Assembly: GCA_032718475.1 (NCBI GenBank)
Contig: JAUCBJ010002182.1
Span: forward strand, 19,220 to 83,219
DNA from: Nemertoderma westbladi
Lineage: Eukaryota; Animalia; Xenacoelomorpha
Length of the DNA: 64,000 nucleotides
Reading direction: 5' to 3'
Shown: positions 1 through 12,700 of the stretch, piece after piece
How the letters are laid out: each line of letters starts with the position of its first letter
Numbering within the stretch: the stretch's first letter is position 1
Notes under the pieces: model-generated
The model's database searches: none
What the model was told of the DNA's origin: nothing
The model's input: only the letters and a program-made list of their open reading frames with translations
Position numbers and translations under genes: made by a program

Positions 1-2280
1 GTATCCGTACACCCCTCGTTGAGACATAAGGATCCGTACACCCCTCGTTGAGACATGGATCCGTACACCCCTCGTTGATACATATGGATCCGTACACCCC
101 TCGTTGAGACATGGATCCGTACACCCCCCGTTGAGACATGGATCCGTATACCCCTCGTTGAGACATGTATCCGTACACCCCTCGTTGAGACATGGATCCG
201 TACACCCCTCGTTGAGACATGGATCCGTACACCCCTCGTTGAGACATGGATCCGTACACCCCTCGTTGAGACATGGATCCAAACACCCCTCGTTGAGACA
301 TATGGATCCGTACACCCCTCGTTGAGACATGGATCCGTATACCCCTCGTTGAGACATGTATCCGTACACCCCTCGTTGAGACATGGATCCGTACACCCCT
401 CGTTGAGACATGGATCCGTACACCCCTCGTTGATACATATGGATCCGTACACCCCTCGTTGAGACATGGATCCGTACACCCCCCGTTGAGACATGGATCC
501 GTATACCCCTCGTTGAGACATGTATCCGTACACCCCTCGTTGAGACATGGATCCGTACACCCCTCGTTGAGACATGGATCCGTACACCCCTCGTTGAGAC
601 ATGGATCCGTACACCCCTCGTTGAGACATGGATCCAAACACCCCTCGTTGAGACATGGATCCGTACACCCCTCGTTGAGACATGGATCCGTACACCCCTC
701 GTTGAGACATGGATCCAAACACCCCTCGTTGAGACATATGGATCCGTACACCCCTCGTTGAGACATGCATCCGTATACCCCTCGTTGAGACATGTATCCG
801 TACACCCCTCGTTGAGACATAAGGATCCGTACACCCCTCGTTGAGACATGGATCCGTACACCCCTCGTTGATACATATGGATCCGTACACCCCTCGTTGA
901 GACATGGATCCGTACACCCCCCGTTGAGACATGGATCCGTATACCCCTCGTTGAGACATGTATCCGTACACCCCTCGTTGAGACATGGATCCGTACACCC
1001 CTCGTTGAGACATGGATCCGTACACCCCTCGTTGAGACATGGATCCGTACACCCCTCGTTGAGACATGGATCCAAACACCCCTCGTTGAGACATATGGAT
1101 CCGTACACCCCTCGTTGAGACATGGATCCGTATACCCCTCGTTGAGACATGTATCCGTACACCCCTCGTTGAGACATGGATCCGTACACCCCTCGTTGAG
1201 ACATGGATCCGTACACCCCTCGTTGATACATATGGATCCGTACACCCCTCGTTGAGACATGGATCCGTACACCCCCCGTTGAGACATGGATCCGTATACC
1301 CCTCGTTGAGACATGTATCCGTACACCCCTCGTTGAGACATGGATCCGTACACCCCTCGTTGAGACATGGATCCGTACACCCCTCGTTGAGACATGGATC
1401 CGTACACCCCTCGTTGAGACATGGATCCGTACACCCCTCGTTGAGACATGGATCCGTATACCCCTCGTTGAGACATGTATCCGTACACCCCTCGTTGAGA
1501 CATGGATCCGTACACCCCTCGTTGAGACATGGATCCGTACACCCCTCGTTGAGACATGGATCCGTACACCCCTCGTTGAGACATGGATCCAAACACCCCT
1601 CGTTGAGACATATGGATCCGTACACCCCTCGTTGAGACATGGATCCGTATACCCCTCGTTGAGACATGTATCCGTACACCCCTCGTTGAGACATGGATCC
1701 GTACACCCCTCGTTGAGACATGGATCCGTACACCCCTCGTTGAGACATGGATCCGTATACCCCTCGTTGAGACATGTATCCGTACACCCCTCATTGAGAC
1801 ATGGATCCGTACACCCCTCGTTGAGACATGGATCCGTACACCCCTCGTTGAGACATGGATCCGTATACCCCTCGTTGAGACATGGATCCGTATACCCCTC
1901 GTTGAGACATGTATCCGTACACCCCTCGTTGAGACATGGATCCGTACACCCCTCGTTGAGACATGGATCCGTACACCCCTCGTTGAGACATGTATCCGTA
2001 CACCCCTCGTTGAGACATGGATCCGTACACCCCTCGTTGAGACATATGGATCCGTACACCCCTCGTTGAGACATGGATCCGTACACCCCTTGTTGAGACA
2101 TGGATCCGTATACCCCTCGTTGAGACATGGATCCGTACACCCCTCGTTGAGACATGGATCCGTACACCCCTCGTTGAGACATGGATCCGTACACCCCTCG
2201 TTGAGACATGGATCCGTACACCCCTCGTTGAGACATGGATCCGTACACCCCTCGTTGAGACATATGGATCCGTACACCCG
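1..2280. repeat. 27-bp tandem repeat (GTTGAGACATGGATCCGTACACCCCTC) with 29-bp variants; runs off the window start
   Basis: Unit is directly visible. Variant patterns recur at a 793-bp offset (ORF starts 104/897 and 459/1252). Confidence 0.97.
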
Positions 2281-2396
2281 CCAGCACATCATATAATATA
2301 CTTTGGTACTACTGTATGTTGTGCACCTCATACTCGAACCCATTACTTTTGGAAACTCTATGATAAAGTCGCTCCTGTGATTATTTTGTTCCAATG

Positions 2397-2467
2397 GCAT
2401 TGGGTGCTGCAGATCCATTGGGTGCTGCAGATCCATTGGGTGCTGCAGATCCAGCTGGGTGCTGCGG
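2397..2467. repeat. Short 18-bp tandem repeat (CATTGGGTGCTGCAGATC), about 4 copies
   Basis: Directly visible. Confidence 0.85.
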
Positions 2468-2659
2468 GTTAAAACTAAATACCCAGTTGAGAAATCTAAA
2501 GCATCAGCTATCAAAACGGATTCTTGGTCAGTTCGAGTTGATTTTGGGATTTCTATTTCAATATTTTTATATTCCATTATACCGTTGGGATAGTTAAAAA
2601 TAATATCTATTGTATTTATTGTTATTTAGTTATTGATCCTATTTTACAATCACATCTAA

Positions 2660-5600
2660 GTTTGGCGCCGTTTCAATGTTGCTGTTGTGTCCGCTCGTTC
2701 GTGTTGGCGCCGTTTCAATGTTGCTGTTGTGTCCGCTCGTTCGTGTTGGCGCCGTTTCAATGTTGCTGTTGTGTCCGCTCGTTCGTGTTGGCGCCGTTTC
2801 AATGTTGCTGTTGTGTCCGCTCGTTCGTGTTGGCGCTGTTTCAATGTTGCTGTTGTGTCCGCTCTTTCGTGTTGGCGCCGTTTCAATGTTGCTGTTGTGT
2901 CCGCTCGTTCGTGTTGGCGCCGTTTCAATGTTGCTGTTGTGTCCGCTCGTTCGTGTTGGCGCCGTTTCAATGTTGCTGTTGTGTCCGCTCTTTCGTGTTG
3001 GCGCTGTTTCAATGTTGCTGTTGTGTCCGCTCGTTCGTGTTGGCGCCGTTTCAATGTTGCTGTTGTGTCCGCTCGTTCGTGTTGGCGCCGTTTCAATGTT
3101 GCTGTTGTGTCCGCTCGTTCGTGTTGGCGCCGTTTCAATGTTGCTGTTGTGTCCGCTCTTTCGTGTTGGCGCCGTTTCAATGTTGCTGTTGTGTCCGCTC
3201 GTTCGTGTTGGCGCCGTTTCAATGTTGCTGTTGTGTCCGCTCGTTCGTGTTGGCGCTGTTTCAATGTTGCTGTTGTGTCCGCTCGTTCGTGTTGGCGCCG
3301 TTTCAATGTTGCTGTTGTGTCCGCTCGTTCGTGTTGGCGCCGTTTCAATGTTGCTGTTGTGTCCGCTCGTTCGTGTTGGCGCCGTTTCAATGTTGCTGTT
3401 GTGTCCGCTCTTTCGTGTTGGCGCTGTTTCAATGTTGCTGTTGTGTCCGCTCGTTCGTGTTGGCGCCGTTTCAATGTTGCTGTTGTGTCCGTTCGTTCGT
3501 GTTGGCGCTGTTTCAATGTTGCTGTTGTGTCCGCTCGTTCGTGTTGGCGCTGTTTCAATGTTGCTGTTGTGTCCGCTCGTTCGTGTTGGCGCCGTTTCAA
3601 TGTTGCTGTTGTGTCCGCTCGTTCGTGTTGGCGCCGTTTCAATGTTGCTGTTGTGTCCGTTCGTTCGTGTTGGCGCTGTTTCAATGTTGCTGTTGTGTCC
3701 GCTCTTTCGTGTTGGCGCTGTTTCAATGTTGCTGTTGTGTCCGCTCTTTCGTGTTGGCGCTGTTTCAATGTTGCTGTTGTGTCCGCTCTTTCGTGTTGGC
3801 GCTGTTTCAATGTTGCTGTTGTGTCCGTTCGTTCGTGTTGGCGCCGTTTCAATGTTGCTGTTGTGTCCGCTCTTTCGTGTTGGCGCTGTTTCAATGTTGC
3901 TGTTGTGTCCGCTCTTTCGTGTTGGCGCTGTTTCAATGTTGCTGTTGTGTCCGTTCGTTCGTGTTGGCGCCGTTTCAATGTTGCTGTTGTGTCCGCTCGT
4001 TCGTGTTGGCGCCGTTTCAATGTTGCTGTTGTGTCCGCTCGTTCGTGTTGGCGCCGTTTCAATGTTGCTGTTGTGTCCGCTCTTTCGTGTTGGCGCTGTT
4101 TCAATGTTGCTGTTGTGTCCGTTCGTTCGTGTTGGCGCCGTTTCAATGTTGCTGTTGTGTCCGCTCTTTCGTGTTGGCGCTGTTTCAATGTTGCTGTTGT
4201 GTCCGCTCGTTCGTGTTGGCGCCGTTTCAATGTTGCTGTTGTGTCCGCTCTTTCGTGTTGGCGCTGTTTCAATGTTGCTGTTGTGTCCGTTCGTTCGTGT
4301 TGGCGCTGTTTCAATGTTGCTGTTGTGTCCGCTCGTTCGTGTTGGCGCCGTTTCAATGTTGCTGTTGTGTCCGCTCGTTCGTGTTGGCGCCGTTTCAATG
4401 TTGCTGTTGTGTCCGCTCGTTCGTGTTGGCGCCGTTTCAATGTTGCTGTTGTGTCCGCTCGTTCGTGTTGGCGCCGTTTCAATGTTGCTGTTGTGTCCGC
4501 TCGTTCGTGTTGGCGCCGTTTCAATGTTGCTGTTGTGTCCGCTCGTTCGTGTTGGCGCCGTTTCAATGTTGCTGTTGTGTCCGCTCGTTCGTGTTGGCGC
4601 CGTTTCAATGTTGCTGTTGTGTCCGCTCGTTCGTGTTGGCGCTGTTTCAATGTTGCTGTTGTGTCCGCTCTTTCGTGTTGGCGCCGTTTCAATGTTGCTG
4701 TTGTGTCCGCTCGTTCGTGTTGGCGCCGTTTCAATGTTGCTGTTGTGTCCGCTCGTTCGTGTTGGCGCCGTTTCAATGTTGCTGTTGTGTCCGCTCTTTC
4801 GTGTTGGCGCTGTTTCAATGTTGCTGTTTTGTCCGTTCGTTCGTGTTGGCGCCGTTTCAATGTTGCTGTTGTGTCCGTTCGTTCGTGTTGGCGCTGTTTC
4901 AATGTTGCTGTTTTGTCCGTTCGTTCGTGTTGGCGCTGTTTCAATGTTGCTGTTGTGTCCGCTCTTTCGTGTTGGCGCCGTTTCAATGTTGCTGTTGTGT
5001 CCGCTCTTTCGTGTTGGCGCTGTTTCAATGTTGCTGTTGTGTCCGTTCGTTCGTGTTGGCGCTGTTTCAATGTTGCTGTTGTGTCCGCTCTTTCGTGTTG
5101 GCGCTGTTTCAATGTTGCTGTTGTGTCCGCTCTTTCGTGTTGGCGCTGTTTCAATGTTGCTGTTGTGTCCGCTCTTTCGTGTTGGCGCTGTTTCAATGTT
5201 GCTGTTGTGTCCGTTCGTTCGTGTTGGCGCCGTTTCAATGTTGCTGTTGTGTCCGCTCTTTCGTGTTGGCGCTGTTTCAATGTTGCTGTTGTGTCCGCTC
5301 TTTCGTGTTGGCGCTGTTTCAATGTTGCTGTTGTGTCCGTTCGTTCGTGTTGGCGCCGTTTCAATGTTGCTGTTGTGTCCGCTCGTTCGTGTTGGCGCCG
5401 TTTCAATGTTGCTGTTGTGTCCGCTCGTTCGTGTTGGCGCCGTTTCAATGTTGCTGTTGTGTCCGCTCTTTCGTGTTGGCGCTGTTTCAATGTTGCTGTT
5501 GTGTCCGTTCGTTCGTGTTGGCGCCGTTTCAATGTTGCTGTTGTGTCCGCTCTTTCGTGTTGGCGCTGTTTCAATGTTGCTGTTGTGTCCGCTCGTTCGT

Positions 5601-6276
5601 GTTGGCGCCGTTTCAATGCTGCTGTTGTGTCCGCTCTTTCGTGTTGGCGCTGTTTCAATGTTGCTGTTGTGTCCGTTCGTTCGTGTTGGCGCTGTTTCAA
5701 TGTTGCTGTTGTGTCCGCTCGTTCGTGTTGGCGCCGTTTCAATGCTGCTGTTGTGTCCGCTCGTTCGTGTTGGCGCCGTTTCAATGTTGCTGTTGTGTCC
5801 GCTCGTTCGTGTTGGCGCCGTTTCAATGCTGCTGTTGTGTCCGCTCGTTCGTGTTGGCGCCGTTTCAATGTTGCTGTTGTGTCCGCTCGTTCGTGTTGGC
5901 GCCGTTTCAATGTTGCTGTTGTGTCCGCTCGTTCGTGTTGGCGCCGTTTCAATGTTGCTGTTGTGTCCGCTCGTTCGTGTTGGCGCCGTTTCAATGCTGC
6001 TGTTGTGTCTGCTCGTTCATATTGGCGCCGTTTCAATGCTGCTGTTGTGTCCGCTCGTTCGTGTTGGCGCCGTTTCAATGTTGCTGTTGTGTCCGCTCGT
6101 TCGTGTTGGCGCCGTTTCAATGCTGCTGTTGTGTCCGCTCGTTCGTGTTGGCGCCGTTTCAATGTTGCTGTTGTGTCCGCTCGTTCGTGTTGGCGCCGTT
6201 TCAATGTTGCTGTTTTGTCCGCTCGTTCGTGTTGGGGCCGTTGCAATGTTGATGTTGTGTCCGCTCGTTCGTGTTG
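2660..6276. repeat. 42-bp tandem repeat (GTTGGCGCCGTTTCAATGTTGCTGTTGTGTCCGCTCGTTCGT), about 85 copies
   Basis: Directly visible; gives 14-aa periodic ORFs in several frames. Confidence 0.97.
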
Positions 6277-6929
6277 CTATTATCCGTTGCGTGCCATTAA
6301 TGTCTCCGTACCTGAGCCGTCACCACGGCAACTCTCTGTATTCCTTCTCCCTTATGTGTCAGTAAACCCTCGTTCGTCGACGTTAGTTGTTACATTGTTA
6401 CATTGTTACATTGTTACTGTTTGTTTATGAGTAAAGGTACACAGTAGTATACAGTAGTAAACTACACAGTTGTAATTACGTATTGAATGTTTTGCGTTGT
6501 TACGCTCGATGGTTAATGTCTCTTAATAATAATTCACAATTACCCTAAACACACAGATATTGAGATATTGTATCTCTATTATACGTCCTAGTTTGGTGCA
6601 TGGTACTCAGAGCGTTGATGTTATATTATTATAGCTATTAATAGCAATAATTACACAATCACAATCAACATGTTGTAATTATTGCTACAGTAATTAGTCC
6701 CACAACATATTATTTGAAACAGTTCTAACAAGGCTTATTGGTTTTTATTTAAATACAATACACATTCTCCGGTATCATCACAAAACATTTTCACTCAATA
6801 TCTCTCGAACACTAAATATTCGTATTAATTTGCCATATTTGTCCTTTAATGCGATAATAATGTATTACATTATGATTATGTACAGTAACAACTACATTTG
6901 ATCAGTTTTCTAATATTATTTATTTCCAG

Positions 6930-7104
6930 GGCGATGTTCTCCAAACAGACAACCAAAGACTACAGACCCTATTGCAGTGTGGTGCGCCGACGACTGGTGC
7001 ACCAGCCCCTCCCCCCTTCCGTATTGGTGGCACCAATGCCACAATGCCCCCTCCACCTCCCCCTCCCATGTTCTCCGGTGCACCAGCCCCACCTCCACCA
7101 CCAG
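6930..7104 (+). CDS. DAAM: DAAM-type formin exon (end of coiled coil plus FH1 polyproline tracts)
   Basis: Boundaries tttccag|GGC ... CCAG|gttagt. Translates GDVLQTDNQRLQTLLQCGAPTTGAPAPPPFRIGGTNATMPPPPPPPMFSGAPAPPPPP. The phase-1 end joins the exon at 23976 in frame. Confidence 0.8.
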
Positions 7105-7428
7105 GTTAGTTACTCTTGGTTCAATGGAACTTGGATGCACCGCTCACCGTTATTGATTACAGCTATACCGCCATGTGTCCATAGCGAGTTATTGAACGGA
7201 AATAGCCATCAGGCTGAACAAGACAGGAAAGTGGATCGAGAATGTATCAGACGTAAAGTTACAGTGATTTTGAGTTTTTAATGTTTGGTTGGTACTATAC
7301 AGCTTCCACGGCGTGCTTGCTATTAATTGCCTAGCTGGGAACTAGTCCCACCTCTCCACTACTCAAAGGGGTGAGGGTTTTCTTCGACTACACAAAGTAT
7401 TATAGAGTTAGTGACTTAGTTCACACAT

Positions 7429-7575
7429 GTCCGTTCCTGTCCCAGGCAGGATAAGAGTAATGGAAGAGTAATGGAAGCTATGAGTGTGCTGGATATTCAT
7501 TCATTCAGTCCGTTCCTGTCCCAGGCGGGATAAGAGTAATGGAAGCTATGAGTGTGCTGGATATTCATTCATTCA
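7429..7575. repeat. Local direct duplication of about 70 bp (GTCCGTTCCTGTCCCAGGC...GGATATTCATTCATTCA, 2 copies)
   Basis: Directly visible. Confidence 0.75.
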
Positions 7576-7709
7576 TCAGATAAGTCGGACGAGCTGACAA
7601 TTATATTAATTATGAAATAATTAAAAACACGTTCTAAACATGTTCTTCCATGTACACCTTAAAACTTTATGCATTCTGTACTAATGTACATAGGCCTACT
7701 GCCGTTATT

Positions 7710-9765
7710 GATGCAATCAAAAGTTCAAAACCGCTTTGAAGCACTTCAGTCAATGGATGAAGACCAATCCACCAATTCAATGTACCAGAATATAATAACA
7801 GCCTACAAGGAATCAGCTAAGAGGCATATCCCCCAGAAACCCAAACGAAAACAATATGTGCCATGGCAAAACTCTGAGGTTACTTGTAAGAGAGAAGATC
7901 TTAAGATAGCCTACAAAGTTAAAACCGAACAACCAACAACCGAAAACATTAACAAGGTTGAGAAAGCTAAGGACGATCTTAAATTGGCCTACAACATCAG
8001 CCAGGAAAAGTACATACAGGATAAAACTGAAGCAATTACAACTGCTCACATACAGCAACAATCAAGACTTACCTGGCAAACTGTAAATGAGGTATCTGGT
8101 CGGAAAAGTTGTGCAAAGGGGCGCCTCAAAGCCGATAGTCCTGAAGAACGTGTTGGGAAGTTGAAAAATCACTTCAGCAACTTGCTTGGGCAGCCACCAA
8201 ACATCGAGGTCAGACCGACAAGGAAAATATATGACAAGACACTACCTATAGAAACAGGGGACTTCACACCCGCCGAACTCCAAAGAAGCATTAAAAGCAT
8301 GTCCAATAATAAAGCGAGTGGATTAGATGAAATCCCAGCGGAGGTATGGAAAACCGGAGTGCTAAACAGACCATTATTGAATGTTTGCAACCGGATGTTA
8401 AAAGGGGAAAAGCCACCACCAATTTGGACTAAAGGTCAACTAAAGCCTCTCCGCAAGAAAGGAGACCTCGGCATACCAACAAACTATCGTGGGATCTGTC
8501 TGCTTGTGGTAGCTGCCAAAATATACAATAAAATGATTCTATATAGGATTAGGCCTCACATAGAGAAACTACTGCGTAAGAGCCTAAACGGATTTCGACC
8601 AAGTAGATCAACAATAGCTCAGATACTTGCACTACGGAGACTGATTGAAGGAATTAAGTCAAAGAATCTCCCCGCAGTCATGACTTTTGTGGACTTCAAG
8701 AAGGCATTCGACTCCATCCATAGAGGTAAAATGATTAAAATCCTAAGAGCTTATGGAATACCAGAAGTAATTGTTGCTGGCATTGGATTGTTATATTGTG
8801 ACACAGAAGCGCAGGTACTCTCACCAGATGGTGAAACTGAGTTTTTCTCAATTCTGGCTGGCGTACTGCAAGGTGACACATTAGCACCATTACTATTTGT
8901 AATTGTGATGGATTACGCAATGAGGACGGCCACAAACGGTGAAGATCTGGGATTCACACTTCAAGAACGCAGAAGTAGTAGATATCCGGCAACCAGTCAC
9001 AGACACCGACTTTGCGGATGACATCGCCCTGCTCTCTAATACGCTAGCAGATGCACAGCTTGTACTAAATAAAGTGGAGAGGGCTGCTAAGGAGGTTGGA
9101 TTGCATATAAATGCTACAAAGACCGAATTCATGATCTTTAATGTTGATGGAAACTTGACAACCATTGATAATAATCAACTAAGGAAGGTCGATGACTTCC
9201 AGTACCTTGGATCATGGATAGAGAGTAGCAAAAAGGACATAGAAGTTAGGAAAGCAAAGGCTTGGGTAGCTCTATCAAAAATGGATACCATCTGGAAATC
9301 AGATCTCTCCAGGCACCTGAAGACTACGTTCTTTCGAGCCACAGTGGAAAGTGTATTTTTATACGGGGGTGAGACCTGGACACTGACTAAATCACTTGAA
9401 CAACGAATTGATTGTTGCTACACAAGACTACTAAGGGCAACCCTAAACATCAGCTGGAGACAACACATGACAAACGCCGAGCTTTATGGTACAATACCGC
9501 CTGTATCAACCACCCTCCGTGAACGCAGATTAAGATTCAGTGGGCACTGCTGGCGAAGTAAAGACGAGGTCATACCAGATCTACTTTTCTGGCAACCAAC
9601 TCATGGAAAGCGTAGTCGTGGACGACCGGCCATAACATATATAGATCAACTTGAAAGGGATACTGAACTTATGAGAAACGAAATTGCAACAACTATGGAG
9701 AATCGGGAAGCGTGGAAGGATCTCATTTCCACTGTCCGAGTTCGCTCGACCTAGTAGTAGTAGTA
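7710..9765 (+). mobile_element. 5'-truncated RTE-clade non-LTR retrotransposon (reverse transcriptase), frameshifted near 8995
   Basis: ORFs 7669-9021 and 8939-9754 contain NYRGICLL, GFRPSRST, FVDFKKAFDSI, GVLQGDTLAPLLF, DFADD, FQYLGS and RLRFSGHC. The stop codon runs into a (TAG)n tail at 9752-9765. Confidence 0.93.
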
Positions 9766-12700
9766 TTGGTTTACTGAAGTACACCTCCACAACCCATCCT
9801 CCCGTTGTTGCGTTCCTGTTATTCAGTACACATTGGTTTACTCAAGTACACCCCCACAACCCATCCTCCCGTTGTCGCGTTCCTGTTATTCAGTACACAT
9901 TGGTTTACTCAAGTACACCTCCACTATCCATCCTCCCGTTGTTGCGTTCCTGTTATTCAGTACACATTGGTTTACTCAAGTACACCTCCACAACCCATCA
10001 TCCCGTTGTTGCGTTCCTGTTATTCAGTACACATTGGTTTACTCAAGTACACATCCACAACCACAACCCATCCTCCCGTTGTTGCGTTCCTGTTATTCAG
10101 TACACATTGGTTTACTCAAGTACACCTCCACAACCACAACCCACCCTCCCGTTGTTGCGTTCCTGTTATTCAGTACACATTGGTTTACTCAAGTACACCT
10201 CCACAACCACAACCCACCCTCCCGTTGTTGCGTTCCTGTTATTCAGTACACATTGGTTTACTCAAGTACACCTCCACAACCCATCATCCCGTTGTTGCGT
10301 TCCTGTTATTCAGTACACATTGGTTTACTCAAGTACACATCCACAACCACAACCCATCCTCCCGTTGTTGCGTTCCTGTTATTTAGTACACATTGGTTTA
10401 CTCAAGTACACCTCCACTATCCATCCTCCCGTTGTTGCGTTCCTGTTATTCAGTACACATTGGTTTACTCAAGTACACCTCCACAACCCATCCTCCCGTT
10501 GTTGCGTTCCTGTTATTCAGTACACATTGGTTTACTCAAGTACACCTCCACAACCCATCCTCCCGTTGTTGCGTTCCTGTTATTCAGTACACATTGGTTT
10601 ACTCAAGTACACCTCCACAACCCATCCCCCCGTTGTTGCGTTCCTGTTATTTAGTACACATTGGTTTACTCAAGTACACCTCCACTATCCATCCTCCCGT
10701 TGTTGCGTTCCTGTTATTCAGTACACATTGGTTTACTCAAGTACACCTCCACAACCCATCATCCCGTTGTTGCGTTCCTGTTATTCAGTACACATTGGTT
10801 TACTCAAGTACACATCCACAACCACAACCCATCCTCCCGTGGTTGCGTTCCTGTTATTCAGTACACCTTGGTTTACTCAAGTACACCTCCACAACCACAA
10901 CCCATCCTCCCGTGGTTGCGTTCCTGTTATTCAGTACACATTGGTTTACTCAAGTACACCTCCACAACCCATCATCCCGTTGTTGCGTTCCTGTTATTCA
11001 GTACACATTGGTTTACTCAAGTACACCTCCACAACCCATCATCCCGTTGTTGCGTTCCTGTTATTCAGTACACATTGGTTTACTCAAGTACACCTCCACA
11101 ACCCATCATCCCGTTGTTGCGTTCCTGTTATTCAGTACACATTGGTTTACTCAAGTACACCTCCACAACCCATCATCCCGTTGTTGCGTTCCTGTTATTC
11201 AGTACACATTGGTTTACTCAAGTACACCTCCACAACCCATCCCCCCGTTGTTGCGTTCCTGTTATTCAGTACACATTGGTTTACTCAAGTACACCTCCAC
11301 AACCCATCCCCCCGTTGTTGCGTTCCTGTTATTCAGTACACATTGGTTTACTCAAGTACACCTCCACAACCCATCATCCCGTTGTTGCGTTCCTGTTATT
11401 CAGTACACATTGGTTTACTCAAGTACACCTCCACAACCCATCATCCCGTTGTTGCGTTCCTGTTATTCAGTACACATTGGTTTACTCAAGTACACCTCCA
11501 CAACCCATCATCCCGTTGTTGCGTTCCTGTTATTCAGTACACATTGGTTTACTCAAGTACACCTCCACAACCCATCATCCCGTTGTTGCGTTCCTGTTAT
11601 TCAGTACACATTGGTTTACTCAAGTACACCTCCACAACCCATCCCCCCGTTGTTGCGTTCCTGTTATTCAGTACACATTGGTTTACTCAAGTACACCTCC
11701 ACAACCCATCATCCCGTTGTTGCGTTCCTGTTATTCAGTACACATTGGTTTACTCAAGTACACCTCCACAACCCATCATCCCGTTGTTGCGTTCCTGTTA
11801 TTCAGTACACATTGGTTTACTCAAGTACACATCCACAACCACAACCCATCCTCCCGTGGTTGCGTTCCTGTTATTCAGTACACATTGGTTTACTCAAGTA
11901 CACCTCCACAACCACAACCCATCCCCCCGTTGTTGCGTTCCTGTTATTCAGTACACATTGGTTTACTCAAGTACACCTCCACAACCCATCATCCCGTTGT
12001 TGCGCTCCTGTTATTCAGTACACATTGGTTTACTCAAGTACACCTCCACAACCCATCCCCCCGTTGTTGCGTTCCTGTTATTCAGTACACATTGGTTTAC
12101 TCAAGTACACCTCCACAACCCATCATCCCGTTGTTGCGTTCCTGTTATTCAGTACACATTGGTTTACTCAAGTACACATCCACAACCACAACCCATCCTC
12201 CCGTGGTTGCGTTCCTGTTATTCAGTACACCTTGGTTTACTCAAGTACACCTCCACAACCCATCATCTCGTTGTTGCGTTCCTGTTATTCAGTACACCTT
12301 GGTTTACTCAAGTACACCTCCACAACCCATCATCTCGTTGTTGCGTTCCTGTTATTCAGTACACCTTGGTTTACTCAAGTACACCTCCACAACCCATCCT
12401 CCCGTTGTTGCGTTCCTGTTATTCAGTACACATTGGTTTACTCAAGTACACCTCCACAACCACAACCCATCCTCCCGTGGTTGCGTTCCTGTTATTCAGT
12501 ACACATTGGTTTACTCAAGTACACCTCCACAACCACAACCCACCCTCCCGTTGTTGCGTTCCTGTTATTCAGTACACATTGGTTTACTCAAGTACACCTC
12601 CACAACCCATCATCCCGTTGTTGCGTTCCTGTTATTCAGTACACATTGGTTTACTCAAGTACACCTCCACAACCCATCATCTCGTTGTTGCGTTCCTGTT

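Noticed and set aside
2656-6430. ORFs of about 1200 aa in four frames
   Set aside because: Stop-free 42-bp satellite; periodic translations in several frames on both strands.
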